Virus record (IMG/VR): IMGVR_UViG_3300002052_000002
Span: 32,001-96,000 of that record
Strand: one strand, 5' to 3'
DNA from: a virus
Length of the DNA: 64,000 nt
This document shows, piece after piece, positions 38,201 through 47,743 of this stretch. Each line of letters begins with the position of its first letter. Within the stretch, counting starts at the first letter, position 1. Position numbers and translations under genes: made by a program. The notes beneath the pieces were generated by a model that did not search any database, had not been told where the DNA came from, and worked only from the letters and a program-made list of their open reading frames with translations.

Positions 38201-41200
38201 CTTCCTGAGAAAAAGGAAGCCGTTACTAAACCAGAAGCTTTAACAGAAGGAGAAAAGATTATCACTGGCCTCAGAGAAGAATTAAAGGCTGAAGGCAAGA
38301 AGACTCCTGAAGAAGTTCTTCGAGAAAAAGCCAAAGAACCTACAGAGGCTGAGACTTGGGCTGTGCCTGAAGAGCCAAAGAAAGCTCCAGAAGGCGACAT
38401 TGCGATGGAAGTCACGATGATTAGAACACGGTATAAAGATCGTGCCAATGTAGATAAGATGGCTGAATTATATGAACGATACAGGAAAGAGGGTCTTGAT
38501 GTGCAGGAAGCAGCACAACGTGCTGGCAAGGAAGTTGGATGGGAGGTTAAAGCTCCTGCTCCAAAAGCTGCACCTACTAGAGGAAAGCCCTCTGCTGAGA
38601 AGGCTACGGCTAAATTAGAAAAAGAAATAGATAAGGAACTTAGAGACCTATATAGTTTAGCACTTAATAGAGCCTTAGGGGAAGGATTATCTGAAACTGA
38701 AGCTATTACAAAAGCAGACGCTGCTCTTTCTAAACCAGAGGTTAAAACCTATGTAGAAAATCGTAGGAAAGGAATGAGTAGGGACGAAGCAACTCAGAAA
38801 GTTAGGGATAAGACTACTACTAGAGTTATTCTTCGAAAATCAGATGGAACAGAGCATGTAGTTACTAAGAAAGTTGCTAAGGATGTTGCAGATGCTGCGG
38901 TCGAACAAGTAGATAAGACTGTTGAAACTGCTGTCAAAATGGGAGCAGATCCTGAAATTGCTAAACAGGTTGCAGATTATAGACCCGAAGTAAAATCAGA
39001 TACTTTGATACGGCCAGAAGGGATGGAGCATTATCCAAATCCCAACGAGATCTTTATAAGCGCAATACTATCTCCGACGAAACTGGCGGAGGGATTGCCA
39101 AAGATAAAGAATGAAGTTAAACTCCTTACAGATCAATTAAATCGTATGCTTTCGTCAGCAGAGGGTATAAGAAAGGAGCTTGACAAGCCTGGCTTAAATT
39201 TGGACAAGAGAATGGATTTAGAAGCCAAGATTAGGGCTCAAGCCAATCTTAAGAACCAAATAGTTAGAGAACTAAGTGAGTATACTGCGGCTGCCAGATA
39301 TCTAGAAGAGAATATGAAAGCGGCCCCACAAGCACTTAAAGTTGAAAAACGCTTCCAAGATGCTCAAGGTGGAGTTACAATTATCTCTGAAAAGATTCCT
39401 GGTGGAGACAAGTTCTACATGTTGCAGGATGAGATGGGGCATGCTCCTCATATAGATTCTAGAGTTAAATATGCTGGAGCTGCTGAACTTGCGGAATCAA
39501 AAGATGAAGTTAAAGTTAAGATCTTAAATATAGATAAGAATATTGATCCTAGATTCGGTCGTATGCTTCTAGATTCAATACAAGAGAAGTATATGATGGG
39601 AGAGAAAGGAAAGAAAGTAACACGAGAGCCAGGAGCAGGAGGCTCTATATGGGATGCCGCAGGGGATAAAGATGCGGATAGAATTGTAGAAGAAGTCGGA
39701 TATGATAAAACGAGTAAAGAAGCTGTTGGTAAAGAAGGAGCGTATCAAGAGCAGGGATTACTAGAGAAGTTTTGGTATTCTTGGAGAGGCTATCCAGGAG
39801 AGCGAGAACAATTTAGAACAGCCATGAGAGCTGCTCATGATATTCGTGGTAATATAGATCCTTGGTTGACTGGTGTGGAATCTCGACGAGTTCCTACTAA
39901 AGAAGATATGGTTTCTGTGCTTGATTTAGGATCAGATCCTGTATCAAGTAAAAATCCTATAATTGCATGGGCTGCTGGATTAGCCAAACAGCAAGAAGAA
40001 AGAATGAGCATATATATTAAGAGAGCCACAAAATATTTAGATGAGCATATGGGGTGGTTAAGACAGGATAAAGCAAAGAATAAAGAATTCGTATACCATA
40101 TGCATGGCATAAGGAAGTCTAATGATCCTCGTATATTAGAGACTGAGAAAGCCGTTAGAAGGGTTGAAGATGATGTTGCCCAGATGTTCGATTTGGAGAA
40201 ACGAGGTCTATATAGGAAAGGGCACTTTGGTTTGATTATAGATCGACAAAAAGCTTGGGATTACTTTAGTCAGCCACTAGCTCTGGCAAGCGAATTTAGA
40301 GAATTACCAGTAAAGATTCAAGCAATGTTGACGGAGAATAATTGGGTAAGAGCTAAGTACTTAGTTGACAAGTTTAAAGTTTGGGATAAGATTCCTAGGG
40401 AAGAGAAGGCATGGATTGAAGATCATATTTTTCCTTGGGGAGGCATATTCACTGATTGGATGAAATCTCCTGGATTCTTACAGAGGATGTTGCCTAAGGA
40501 ATATCATGTGAAATACTTCCAGGAAAGAAAATCTAATATGGAATTCTTGGCAAAAGAAGACGCCTGGAATACTATGCAGATATATCTACATAGTGCTGTT
40601 AGAGGCGGGATGTGGAATGATTATTTGCAGACAGTACGTCCAGTAATAAATCAATTGAATTTTGCCAATAAACCAGGGAGCGTTAGACATTACTTAGAAA
40701 CCTATGTTAAGAACCTAGTGTATCCTGATACTGGATATCTGGATACTAAGTGGAATTCTTTAGTGATGGAAGTCGGTAGAATTCTTGGACGGGATTTTGG
40801 TGGAGCGGCTTACTTTATGCCAAGAAAACTAGCTGCCATGTATGGCAGAGCATTATATAGAGGAGCTTTAGGACCAGATACTGCAGTACGAAATTTAACA
40901 CAAACTCTACATACTTGGGCAAACTCTGGGGAGCTCTCTACTTTAACTGGTTTGAGAGACTACCTGCATGGTATCACTACTCAGAAACTAGAGAAGGTTG
41001 GAGTGAAAGTAAAAGTTCCTAAGAAATTCAAAGATTTCAAAGAATATTATGACATAGTTGACGAGTTTTTAGGGCATGATTTTGAGAAATTGTATAAGAA
41101 TGATAAGACCACTATGGATAATATAAGGAAGGCATCTACTTGGATTACAAGGATGGCCCTATTCCCTATGCATCTTACTGAAAATATTAATAAAGGTATT

Positions 41201-42292
41201 GCATACATGGCAGGATTGCATGAAGGAATAGAAAAAGGATTAGATTATAGAACTTCACACTTAATAGGAGTAAGTAAAGCTTCTAAATTCCAAAACTTCG
41301 ATTTAAGAATGACAGAAGCACAATGGTATGCGGTAAATAAGATGACGGAGTCACAATATGGGTACACTACAGTCCATACATCTCCTTATCTATATGGTAC
41401 TGGAAAGAAGTTCTTTACTCCATTTTGGTCATTCCCTTTGAAAACTTTCCAATTCTTAGGAAATGGCATTAAAGAAAGTTTTATATCTGAAGATGCAGCC
41501 AGGTTAACTAGATTCTTAGCCCTAACAGGATTCTTCGCATCTGCTCCAGTTATACTAGCTGAGATGCTAGGAGTTGATACATTCGCTCTTTGGGGCAAAG
41601 GAGCACTCCCCTTTAATATCTACCCAGCCTGGATGAAGGGAATGGGAGATATCTATACTGCCCTTGGTGGGAATGATCCAAGTTACTTAGACCAAGAGCG
41701 GGCACAAAGAGCTGGTATGAGTTTTGTTGGATTATTGGCTGTTCCACAATGGAGAGCAGGGAAAAAGCTTATAAAGAATATCGAAGATCTACAAAAAGGA
41801 TATGAGACTTGGGGTCCTGGAGAGCATCCATTTAACTCGATTAATATAGCTTCAGTAATTCTAAAGATGTGTGGATTCCCTCCGATAGAGTCTAAAGAAG
41901 CTAGAGACCTATTGAAGGAACTTCGTAGAGAAGAAATGAGTGTCTACAAGAAGCATGATTATGTAAAGAAAATTGCAGATATATATGAGAAAGGTGGCAT
42001 GAAAGCCATTGACAGTGTTAGAAAGATAATTGGTAAGGCTAGAGAGGAGGGTATAAATATTAGGCCACAGGATATATCTAGTTATCGTAGATTAAGAGAA
42101 CTAGACATCTACACTATGAAGCTACTCCGTGGTAAGAAAGAGCTTAGAAGAGGAATCTGGGGAGAAAGGCTACGAGAGGCTAGAGAAGAATATCTTGGAA
42201 AGAAGAAGTATGGTACACGACCTATCTGGTCATTACCAAGACAAATAGAACCTAGGGAAGAGGAGAGCTTCCAGGGTATAGGAGAAGAATAA
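35294..42292 (+). CDS. giant polyvalent internal virion protein with embedded GNAT-like domain
   Basis: 2332 aa; hydrophobic Gly-rich N-terminal block; VTPEFTRKGIGTAMF motif. Confidence 0.7.
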   Translation: MPLEEQVQQLIDLIKEKEEPTVAPTPTPKPTAPEEPAAPTGEGVADVLAMQREQTAPFMITQRDIGALGHLLTGFKLGLYGELDFLDKASEWVSNLTGLEKGGVFGELRDKVAPEDYELSDTGLTATILRAVGMLPVQLGAAMMAGGIGGGILKIARLPQAVILGRGGISLARGAAMPLKGARMFGLGMPTGFGLMGAARAGVQPEPSAAEMIKHGLTGAGMGFGLEALAPMRAIARIPGTAGIFGGLTALEGAPAEETIAQTLVGGLLGLLGRRPKYPEAPLPTAEVPAAAGVPPRAPEQMGLPLRVRRPMAPIEEGVEQLPLPLRVTEPMEREAPPKVAAPVVEKPTTVEAQPKPDSLYISRNEIIDGLVVKKDFRRGVLEQLSDPVLAWLNTSKTIKGSQVTFDPTTKAVIKKVGRKRVVGKMTDKELVDESNTTMSMTRYNQVMTELKSRQLRDIALGKERVDLAEEVSVREPVRKPTVAEGMEGATPVERIPYRNALVQAAYGEITEGFPEKRLTIDEFLETAKGVYKLTPEERIELTRLLNGEGWRIIGEGETLDKLVGRRIEEQMKEPPRVPEELTAEEIKAIAKQDWEKTHDEYLKKAREDKLIPSEEEYNKLSLSEKEEITDFLDDVYELYGEIEALKAQKKFDKKTANTYSRKVGIVKGNINRIFSAAMRERAGRVKVPEEMVRKYGLPEEKPEKVEVPKKVPEKVREITGAKALYIDKAVELWGEKARMNLASLSVTDLMRIVEGKLTPEEYSITPSGRLVKIPSKVAKPVEIKGLKVRFKEHPEDPNIMTAIAGVPGAEAIGLWSIRLPVERKPGEKVGWYSIEADVTPEFTRKGIGTAMFDAIEKQYGEHLGRVGELTGAGAKFVEGLKRKGRKYKDIDVEEVGIEPEAPPKVEAPIKAPKLSKKEEAGIKLELTTIREKYTGRPDLEKIVASYEKHRRSGLNIKAAVEAMRQEIGLPEKKEAVTKPEALTEGEKIITGLREELKAEGKKTPEEVLREKAKEPTEAETWAVPEEPKKAPEGDIAMEVTMIRTRYKDRANVDKMAELYERYRKEGLDVQEAAQRAGKEVGWEVKAPAPKAAPTRGKPSAEKATAKLEKEIDKELRDLYSLALNRALGEGLSETEAITKADAALSKPEVKTYVENRRKGMSRDEATQKVRDKTTTRVILRKSDGTEHVVTKKVAKDVADAAVEQVDKTVETAVKMGADPEIAKQVADYRPEVKSDTLIRPEGMEHYPNPNEIFISAILSPTKLAEGLPKIKNEVKLLTDQLNRMLSSAEGIRKELDKPGLNLDKRMDLEAKIRAQANLKNQIVRELSEYTAAARYLEENMKAAPQALKVEKRFQDAQGGVTIISEKIPGGDKFYMLQDEMGHAPHIDSRVKYAGAAELAESKDEVKVKILNIDKNIDPRFGRMLLDSIQEKYMMGEKGKKVTREPGAGGSIWDAAGDKDADRIVEEVGYDKTSKEAVGKEGAYQEQGLLEKFWYSWRGYPGEREQFRTAMRAAHDIRGNIDPWLTGVESRRVPTKEDMVSVLDLGSDPVSSKNPIIAWAAGLAKQQEERMSIYIKRATKYLDEHMGWLRQDKAKNKEFVYHMHGIRKSNDPRILETEKAVRRVEDDVAQMFDLEKRGLYRKGHFGLIIDRQKAWDYFSQPLALASEFRELPVKIQAMLTENNWVRAKYLVDKFKVWDKIPREEKAWIEDHIFPWGGIFTDWMKSPGFLQRMLPKEYHVKYFQERKSNMEFLAKEDAWNTMQIYLHSAVRGGMWNDYLQTVRPVINQLNFANKPGSVRHYLETYVKNLVYPDTGYLDTKWNSLVMEVGRILGRDFGGAAYFMPRKLAAMYGRALYRGALGPDTAVRNLTQTLHTWANSGELSTLTGLRDYLHGITTQKLEKVGVKVKVPKKFKDFKEYYDIVDEFLGHDFEKLYKNDKTTMDNIRKASTWITRMALFPMHLTENINKGIAYMAGLHEGIEKGLDYRTSHLIGVSKASKFQNFDLRMTEAQWYAVNKMTESQYGYTTVHTSPYLYGTGKKFFTPFWSFPLKTFQFLGNGIKESFISEDAARLTRFLALTGFFASAPVILAEMLGVDTFALWGKGALPFNIYPAWMKGMGDIYTALGGNDPSYLDQERAQRAGMSFVGLLAVPQWRAGKKLIKNIEDLQKGYETWGPGEHPFNSINIASVILKMCGFPPIESKEARDLLKELRREEMSVYKKHDYVKKIADIYEKGGMKAIDSVRKIIGKAREEGINIRPQDISSYRRLRELDIYTMKLLRGKKELRRGIWGERLREAREEYLGKKKYGTRPIWSLPRQIEPREEESFQGIGEE

Positions 42293-43323
42293 TGAATATA
42301 TTTATGATAAGTAACTTTGGAGAAAGCGTAGCTTTGGCACAGGCTTTGGAAAAAGAGAAACATGAACTCTCCTTCTTTATTAAGAAACGTCCATATAAGA
42401 AAATAGGAGATGGACTAGTAAACAAAGTGTCGGATCCTGGTTCTTTATTTACTAAATCGGATTTGATAATTGTGGATGACATTGGATCAGGAGCTTTTGT
42501 AGATAAGGCCAAAAAGATGGGACACTCAGTCATTGGACCAGGAACGGCTATAGAGAATCTGGCAACTGATTTTAGTCTTATGATAGATGTTCTCTCCGCT
42601 CTTAAAGTCAAAATAGCTACTGATAAAACTGAAGGTCAAATGGCTGTTGTTGGGGCATGGTTTGATGGAGAGAAATTTATTAAGCCTATACTAGTTGGAA
42701 CTAAATATGTGAGATTTGCGGCTGGAGATCTAGGTCCCGTAACACGAGGTACTGGAATCTGTGCTATGTCTTCCATTAGATCTAAGTTATTTCATGAGAC
42801 ATTATCTAATTTACAAGCATTCTTGGCATCGGTAAACTTTGTAGGATTTATCAGTCTAGATTGCTTAATAAATAATGATACTGTACATGTGAAATCTATA
42901 CATCCTTCTTTAGGATTTCCAAATGGAATAATTATGAGTGAGATGTTTTTAAACTCAGCGGGAGATTTCTTGAAGAAATTATACAATAAAGAAGTATCTA
43001 ATGCCCCTGTAAGGATAGACCGTATTCATGTGGGAATTCCTATATTCGTGCCAAATTGGCCTATATTACTTTCAGATTCTTTAGTAGAAATAAATACTCC
43101 AGCTTTTATCCCAATAGGAGTATCTAAAGAAGAAGATTATATACAGATGAGGATAGATGGCCTAGCTGGAATGGCAGTAGGGCATGGTTCCTCTGTCGTG
43201 GAAGCACGAAATATAGCCTATAAGGCAGCAAATAAAATTAAACATCCTAATGTATTATATAGGAATGATATTGAATTAGATAATCAATTCAATAGATTAA
43301 GAGAAAAGGGTTGGTGGAAGTAA
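42292..43323 (+). CDS. PurD (GAR synthetase)-like protein, internally truncated
   Basis: GDLGPVTRGTG (compare GDxGPNTGGMG) and C-terminal EARNIAY...YRNDI. Confidence 0.7.
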   Translation: MNIFMISNFGESVALAQALEKEKHELSFFIKKRPYKKIGDGLVNKVSDPGSLFTKSDLIIVDDIGSGAFVDKAKKMGHSVIGPGTAIENLATDFSLMIDVLSALKVKIATDKTEGQMAVVGAWFDGEKFIKPILVGTKYVRFAAGDLGPVTRGTGICAMSSIRSKLFHETLSNLQAFLASVNFVGFISLDCLINNDTVHVKSIHPSLGFPNGIIMSEMFLNSAGDFLKKLYNKEVSNAPVRIDRIHVGIPIFVPNWPILLSDSLVEINTPAFIPIGVSKEEDYIQMRIDGLAGMAVGHGSSVVEARNIAYKAANKIKHPNVLYRNDIELDNQFNRLREKGWWK

Positions 43324-44648
43324 TGCCCTTAGCGGATGACCTGTCTAAGGTTAAATATGGCCCATCTAGTAGTCCATATGGTGGATCACCGTACGCAGGA
43401 GCAGCAGGCTCACTCGCAGGTGGAGCTGCTAGTACTTTACTAGGTAGCCTATTAGATTATTCAAATCCTTATCAAAGATCTCTTGGCAAACTTGGTGGAC
43501 AGCTAGCTGGAGGCCTCACTAGTGCGATGCTACAACCAGGGCCTTTTGATTTAGGACAATGGGCAACTTATGGAGGATTACCTGCATTAGGTGGGACTGT
43601 AGGAGGACTTCTAGGAGGAATGGTCGATGAACAATGGGGAGCTCCTGTTGGTTCATATCTTGGAAGTTTAGGGGTGAACGCATTACTAGGAGCGCCAGCG
43701 TTAGCATCTGGTTTAATGGGACTTCCTAATTTAGCATTGGGTATCGGTACTCAATTCATAGACGATCCACAACTTAGACAAGCTCTTAATGTAGGACTTT
43801 CACCAATGTTAAGTACTGTAACTCCTTGGATTGGAGAAGCTCTTGGTTTAATATCCGCACCCCTTGCAACTAGTATGATGTGGGCAGGCCCAATTGGTGC
43901 GGCGCTTGGGATGGGATTGGCCGCATGGCAAGGACATAAAGAACATAAAGCAAAACAGCATATGAGTGAGAAACAACATTATGCTTATTATACTGGATTA
44001 AAAGAGGCGGAACCAGCATTATCTCAAATAACAGAAGATATATTTGATATAGGGCGACAAAGAATACTTGAAATAGAAGCTAGGGGAGAAAACCCAGCGG
44101 ATTATGGATTAGATAGATTTGGATTTACACAAGACGAATGGAACTATGTATCAGGTCAAATGAGACAGGGAGCAGCTAGTACGCAACTTGGTCAAACGGA
44201 CATAAGAGTACCAGGAACAGGATTTGAGAGAGGAACTTTTGTACCGGCAACCCCAGCAGAGGCAGCATTTACTCCGTCATGGGCCATAAGATCGTCTTAC
44301 GCACATCATCCGGCACCAATGAGGGATGTACAGCAGTATGAACAATGGTTATACAATATGGCTGGTGGGATGGCCCCATTCTTAGAGCCAGGACAAAGAT
44401 CTGGAAGTCCAAAAGATATAGATAATTATATTGCCTATCTAAATTATGAAACTGCTAAAATGTTAGGAGAGGAATATGATCCAACATTATATTCAGGATC
44501 GTATGAACCAGTTTCAAAGACAATAACAAGATATCAGAAAGAGAGAGCTGCAGCAGAGCGATACGAAGCCTATCAACAGAAATTAGAAGAAGAACAACGG
44601 GCACAGGCAGCATTAATGGAACAATATGGAGATATGGGAGGCTATTAA
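43323..44648 (+). CDS. Gly/Leu-rich putative virion or membrane protein
   Basis: Long glycine-zipper-like hydrophobic N-terminal half. Confidence 0.65.
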   Translation: MPLADDLSKVKYGPSSSPYGGSPYAGAAGSLAGGAASTLLGSLLDYSNPYQRSLGKLGGQLAGGLTSAMLQPGPFDLGQWATYGGLPALGGTVGGLLGGMVDEQWGAPVGSYLGSLGVNALLGAPALASGLMGLPNLALGIGTQFIDDPQLRQALNVGLSPMLSTVTPWIGEALGLISAPLATSMMWAGPIGAALGMGLAAWQGHKEHKAKQHMSEKQHYAYYTGLKEAEPALSQITEDIFDIGRQRILEIEARGENPADYGLDRFGFTQDEWNYVSGQMRQGAASTQLGQTDIRVPGTGFERGTFVPATPAEAAFTPSWAIRSSYAHHPAPMRDVQQYEQWLYNMAGGMAPFLEPGQRSGSPKDIDNYIAYLNYETAKMLGEEYDPTLYSGSYEPVSKTITRYQKERAAAERYEAYQQKLEEEQRAQAALMEQYGDMGGY

Positions 44649-45562
44649 TGCCATATCCTGATATAACAACAACAGAATTAATAAAGGCAGGAGCTACTCC
44701 AGAAGAAGCTCAAATGATAGCAGAATGGGAAGAAAATGCTAGAACACAAGCATTATCCTGGATTGCACAGGAATACCCTTGGATGTACAGTCAGGTAAAG
44801 AATATGAATATTGGTGTTCCAACTCCCTCTAGATTGAAAACCTTCTTTGGAGAACCAAAAGCCCCTGTTGAAGGAATGACTAAAACGTATCCTATAAATA
44901 TAGGATGGGGGGATGTATTAGCAGATAGACTTCCTTCAAGAATGTACGGAGTTGGAGTTCAAGAAACTCCAAATGTATTATTTAGTTTGGCCGCGACAGA
45001 TCTTCCAGGTGTAATTGGACATGAATTATTCCATAAAGTACAAAAATACCCCGAAGCTTCTGATATTATAAAAGAATATATGAAAACATTTTGGGGATCA
45101 CAACGAGGAGCAACATATTGGGAAGGATATTCTCCAGAAATAGATCCTTATGGTGCAGTTGCAGAGATAATGGCTAGACAAATTTTCAATCCAGGCATGC
45201 AATGGAATTTTGAAAGGATGCGGGGACCTCTATTACAATTTACTCCAAAAGAAGAAAGTCTTATTCAAGATATGAGAAGATGGTTGAGAACGGGCTCGAC
45301 AGGATTTCAAGTAAATCCAGAATATCACGGAGTAGAAGTCCCAGGCCCTGGCGGAACTGTATCTAGTGAGAGAACTATTACTATAGAGATGGATGGTATG
45401 TACTATAATATACCTACATTAGTTGGGGGAGAACAATTAACTACAGATGAGGCTGTAAGACAATTTAAAGAGGGCAAGATCCCTGCCGTTGGAGTAGCTG
45501 ATACTAGAGAAGCAGCGGTAAAGGGAGCCCAAGAACGCAGCGGGATGCTAGGAGGACAGTAA
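44648..45562 (+). CDS. putative virion protein with HExxH motif
   Basis: GHELFH...EIMAR. Confidence 0.6.
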   Translation: MPYPDITTTELIKAGATPEEAQMIAEWEENARTQALSWIAQEYPWMYSQVKNMNIGVPTPSRLKTFFGEPKAPVEGMTKTYPINIGWGDVLADRLPSRMYGVGVQETPNVLFSLAATDLPGVIGHELFHKVQKYPEASDIIKEYMKTFWGSQRGATYWEGYSPEIDPYGAVAEIMARQIFNPGMQWNFERMRGPLLQFTPKEESLIQDMRRWLRTGSTGFQVNPEYHGVEVPGPGGTVSSERTITIEMDGMYYNIPTLVGGEQLTTDEAVRQFKEGKIPAVGVADTREAAVKGAQERSGMLGGQ

Positions 45563-45563
45563 G

Positions 45564-45833
45564 ATGTTAGATGCACAATTGATAGATTTCATGACTGAAA
45601 CAGCGAAATCTTTAGGTGAGATAAAAGCTACTCAAAGAGCGATGAAAGAGGATATCACAGAGATGAAGGAACAATGTAAAGAAATTCCTACTATGAAGCA
45701 GAGTCTCACTAATCATTTGTCTACTCATGATAAATTAAAAAACCGCCTCCTATATCCTATTTTTGTAGGAATATGTATTACTATAGCTGGTATAGCTGGT
45801 GGAATCTCTAAATATGTACTTCATTTATTTTAA
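45564..45833 (+). CDS. coiled-coil protein with C-terminal TM helix (XhlA/holin-like)
   Basis: Coiled coil followed by a single hydrophobic helix. Confidence 0.6.
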   Translation: MLDAQLIDFMTETAKSLGEIKATQRAMKEDITEMKEQCKEIPTMKQSLTNHLSTHDKLKNRLLYPIFVGICITIAGIAGGISKYVLHLF

Positions 45834-45842
45834 GGTGATACA

Positions 45843-47267
45843 ATGGTAGAACGCTATATAGATCCTGAAAGACTAAGAGAAATGGAAGAAGCTAAGCAGT
45901 TCCCTACTGGTCCATTAGAACTAGGAGGAGTAACAGAACAGCCATTCACTTGGCACGATCTCCTAACTCTATTTGAACCTAGGGCTACTGAGGCTGGAAG
46001 AGAAGATATCGAAAAACGATTAAAAGAAGGTACTAAAGAATTTAAGGAATATGTTAAAGAACCAGCAGGAGAAGAAGGCGAAGCAATGAAATGGCTAGGC
46101 CACATGACTTCTCCTGGAGGATTCCTCTCCATACCAGGAGTAGCAGACATCGGCAGTGCCATTTGGGATATAATTGATCTTCCAGGGCTAGATATTAAAG
46201 ATATTCCTAGATTAGCAGGCAAAGCTCTTGGGCCAGAAGCCTTAACGGCCTGGTTGAAATTCATGGTTAGACCAGAAGCTAGACATCTATGGGGGCCTAG
46301 GGCCATAAAATATTGGGACGAGCTTGTACAAGAAGCCAAACATCTATCTCCTCGTACTGCTAGATATACTGAAAGAGCTGGAGAAGGTAGATTTGGAGTA
46401 CCACTGTGGGGAGGCAGAAGAGCTACCACAGGAGAAATAGCAGAGCAAGGTGGTAGGGAACTTGGACTATCAGCACAGATATTCTATAAGCCAGAATTTG
46501 ATTATAGAGATTGGTGGGCGTGGTCAAAAGGATATAAGACTGGTAAGACTAGACTTGCCAATTTAGCAACTGTTATACATGAGGAAGTTCATGCTGCATT
46601 TCGCAAAGGAGATCCAGCATTAGACGCATTAGCGCAGCAAGTGCATAGAATAATTGGAGAAAAGGATCTTAAGAGAGCATTTAGTCATGTACCAAAATAT
46701 ACTAAAGATACTTCCCAAGAACTCGCTGAAGAAGTGGTAGCTAGAGCATATGCAAGTGCTTTAACTGGTTCTAGGTCAACTGTACATATAAGTAGAATAA
46801 TGGATGATCCTACTTTTACTGCAGCTTTACAATATGCTGCAAAGAATCCAGATGCTGGTGTATGGGAACTTCAAAGGAAATTTCCAAAATTGTTTCCTGC
46901 GGATTATAAATATATGCCAACTAAAACAGCAAGAAGAACTATAGTAGATCAAAGAACTGAATTATCTAAAGCCTATACAGAAGAAGAAATAAGAAGGATG
47001 CGTAGAGAAGAAGTTCGGAAAACGACGGCGAAGCCTGCTGGGGGAGCCAAGAAGATAACTAGTCAAGAGAAAGGCACACGAGTCATGGAAGCCCCCACTG
47101 AACTTACTCCCGCCCAAAGAGAGACTGGAACATGGATTAGAGTGGGCGATAAGTATGTGAATTTTATGGACGATCCACGAATGTGGCCAGCTAGTGTTGA
47201 GCCAGACGCTAGAGATACCCTTCTGAGATTGAGGGCTCAGGAGCTTTATAGGCGAAAGACTAAATAA
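45843..47267 (+). CDS. putative virion protein with zincin-like HExxH motif
   Basis: IHEEVHA...LAEEVVARAY. Confidence 0.6.
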   Translation: MVERYIDPERLREMEEAKQFPTGPLELGGVTEQPFTWHDLLTLFEPRATEAGREDIEKRLKEGTKEFKEYVKEPAGEEGEAMKWLGHMTSPGGFLSIPGVADIGSAIWDIIDLPGLDIKDIPRLAGKALGPEALTAWLKFMVRPEARHLWGPRAIKYWDELVQEAKHLSPRTARYTERAGEGRFGVPLWGGRRATTGEIAEQGGRELGLSAQIFYKPEFDYRDWWAWSKGYKTGKTRLANLATVIHEEVHAAFRKGDPALDALAQQVHRIIGEKDLKRAFSHVPKYTKDTSQELAEEVVARAYASALTGSRSTVHISRIMDDPTFTAALQYAAKNPDAGVWELQRKFPKLFPADYKYMPTKTARRTIVDQRTELSKAYTEEEIRRMRREEVRKTTAKPAGGAKKITSQEKGTRVMEAPTELTPAQRETGTWIRVGDKYVNFMDDPRMWPASVEPDARDTLLRLRAQELYRRKTK

Positions 47268-47273
47268 ATAGGC

Positions 47274-47320
47274 AACTTACCGGAAATTACGACACTTTTT
47301 AGGAGGTGGCCATATATATA
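47274..47320 (+). promoter_or_regulatory. putative phage promoter/operator motif, copy 2
   Basis: AACTTACCGGAAATTACGACACTTTTTA...TATATAT. Confidence 0.5.
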
Positions 47321-47335
47321 GTATATGGAGACATA

Positions 47336-47731
47336 GTGAAAAAACTTCTATGTGTAGTAATCACAATTTCCCTCCTTTTAATTCCCACCTATATTCCAGC
47401 TAAAGAAATTTCCTATATAGATCAGCAAGTTAGACAATTTAAATCAATTCTTGCTGGAAAACCTGAATGGGAAGTTACATTAGATGGACATAAGTATATG
47501 ATTGAGTACAAAGAAAAGTCTAAAGTCCTAACGTTTTCAGAGAGTTGCGAAGGTCTCTGGCTTAAAGTATATTATTTTGAGAAAACAGGACAGTTTAGTT
47601 GGGAGGGCTACGTAGAAGATCGAATGCTCCCCTTTCAATCAATATCAAAGCAGAGAGGCTCTGCTTTGATGGATATGTTTTTAGATAGATTAGAAGAAAA
47701 AGGCTTAGCAGCTCCATTAATGGAGATCTAA
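47336..47731 (+). CDS. secreted protein with signal peptide
   Basis: GTG start behind GGAGA; MKKLLCVVITISLLLIPTYIPA. Confidence 0.65.
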   Translation: MKKLLCVVITISLLLIPTYIPAKEISYIDQQVRQFKSILAGKPEWEVTLDGHKYMIEYKEKSKVLTFSESCEGLWLKVYYFEKTGQFSWEGYVEDRMLPFQSISKQRGSALMDMFLDRLEEKGLAAPLMEI

Positions 47732-47743
47732 GAAGGAGGTGTA

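Noticed and set aside
36076-38529. Long antisense ORFs (179, 132 and 353 aa)
   Set aside because: Shadow frames of the 2332-aa gene; Ser/Phe-rich with no motifs.
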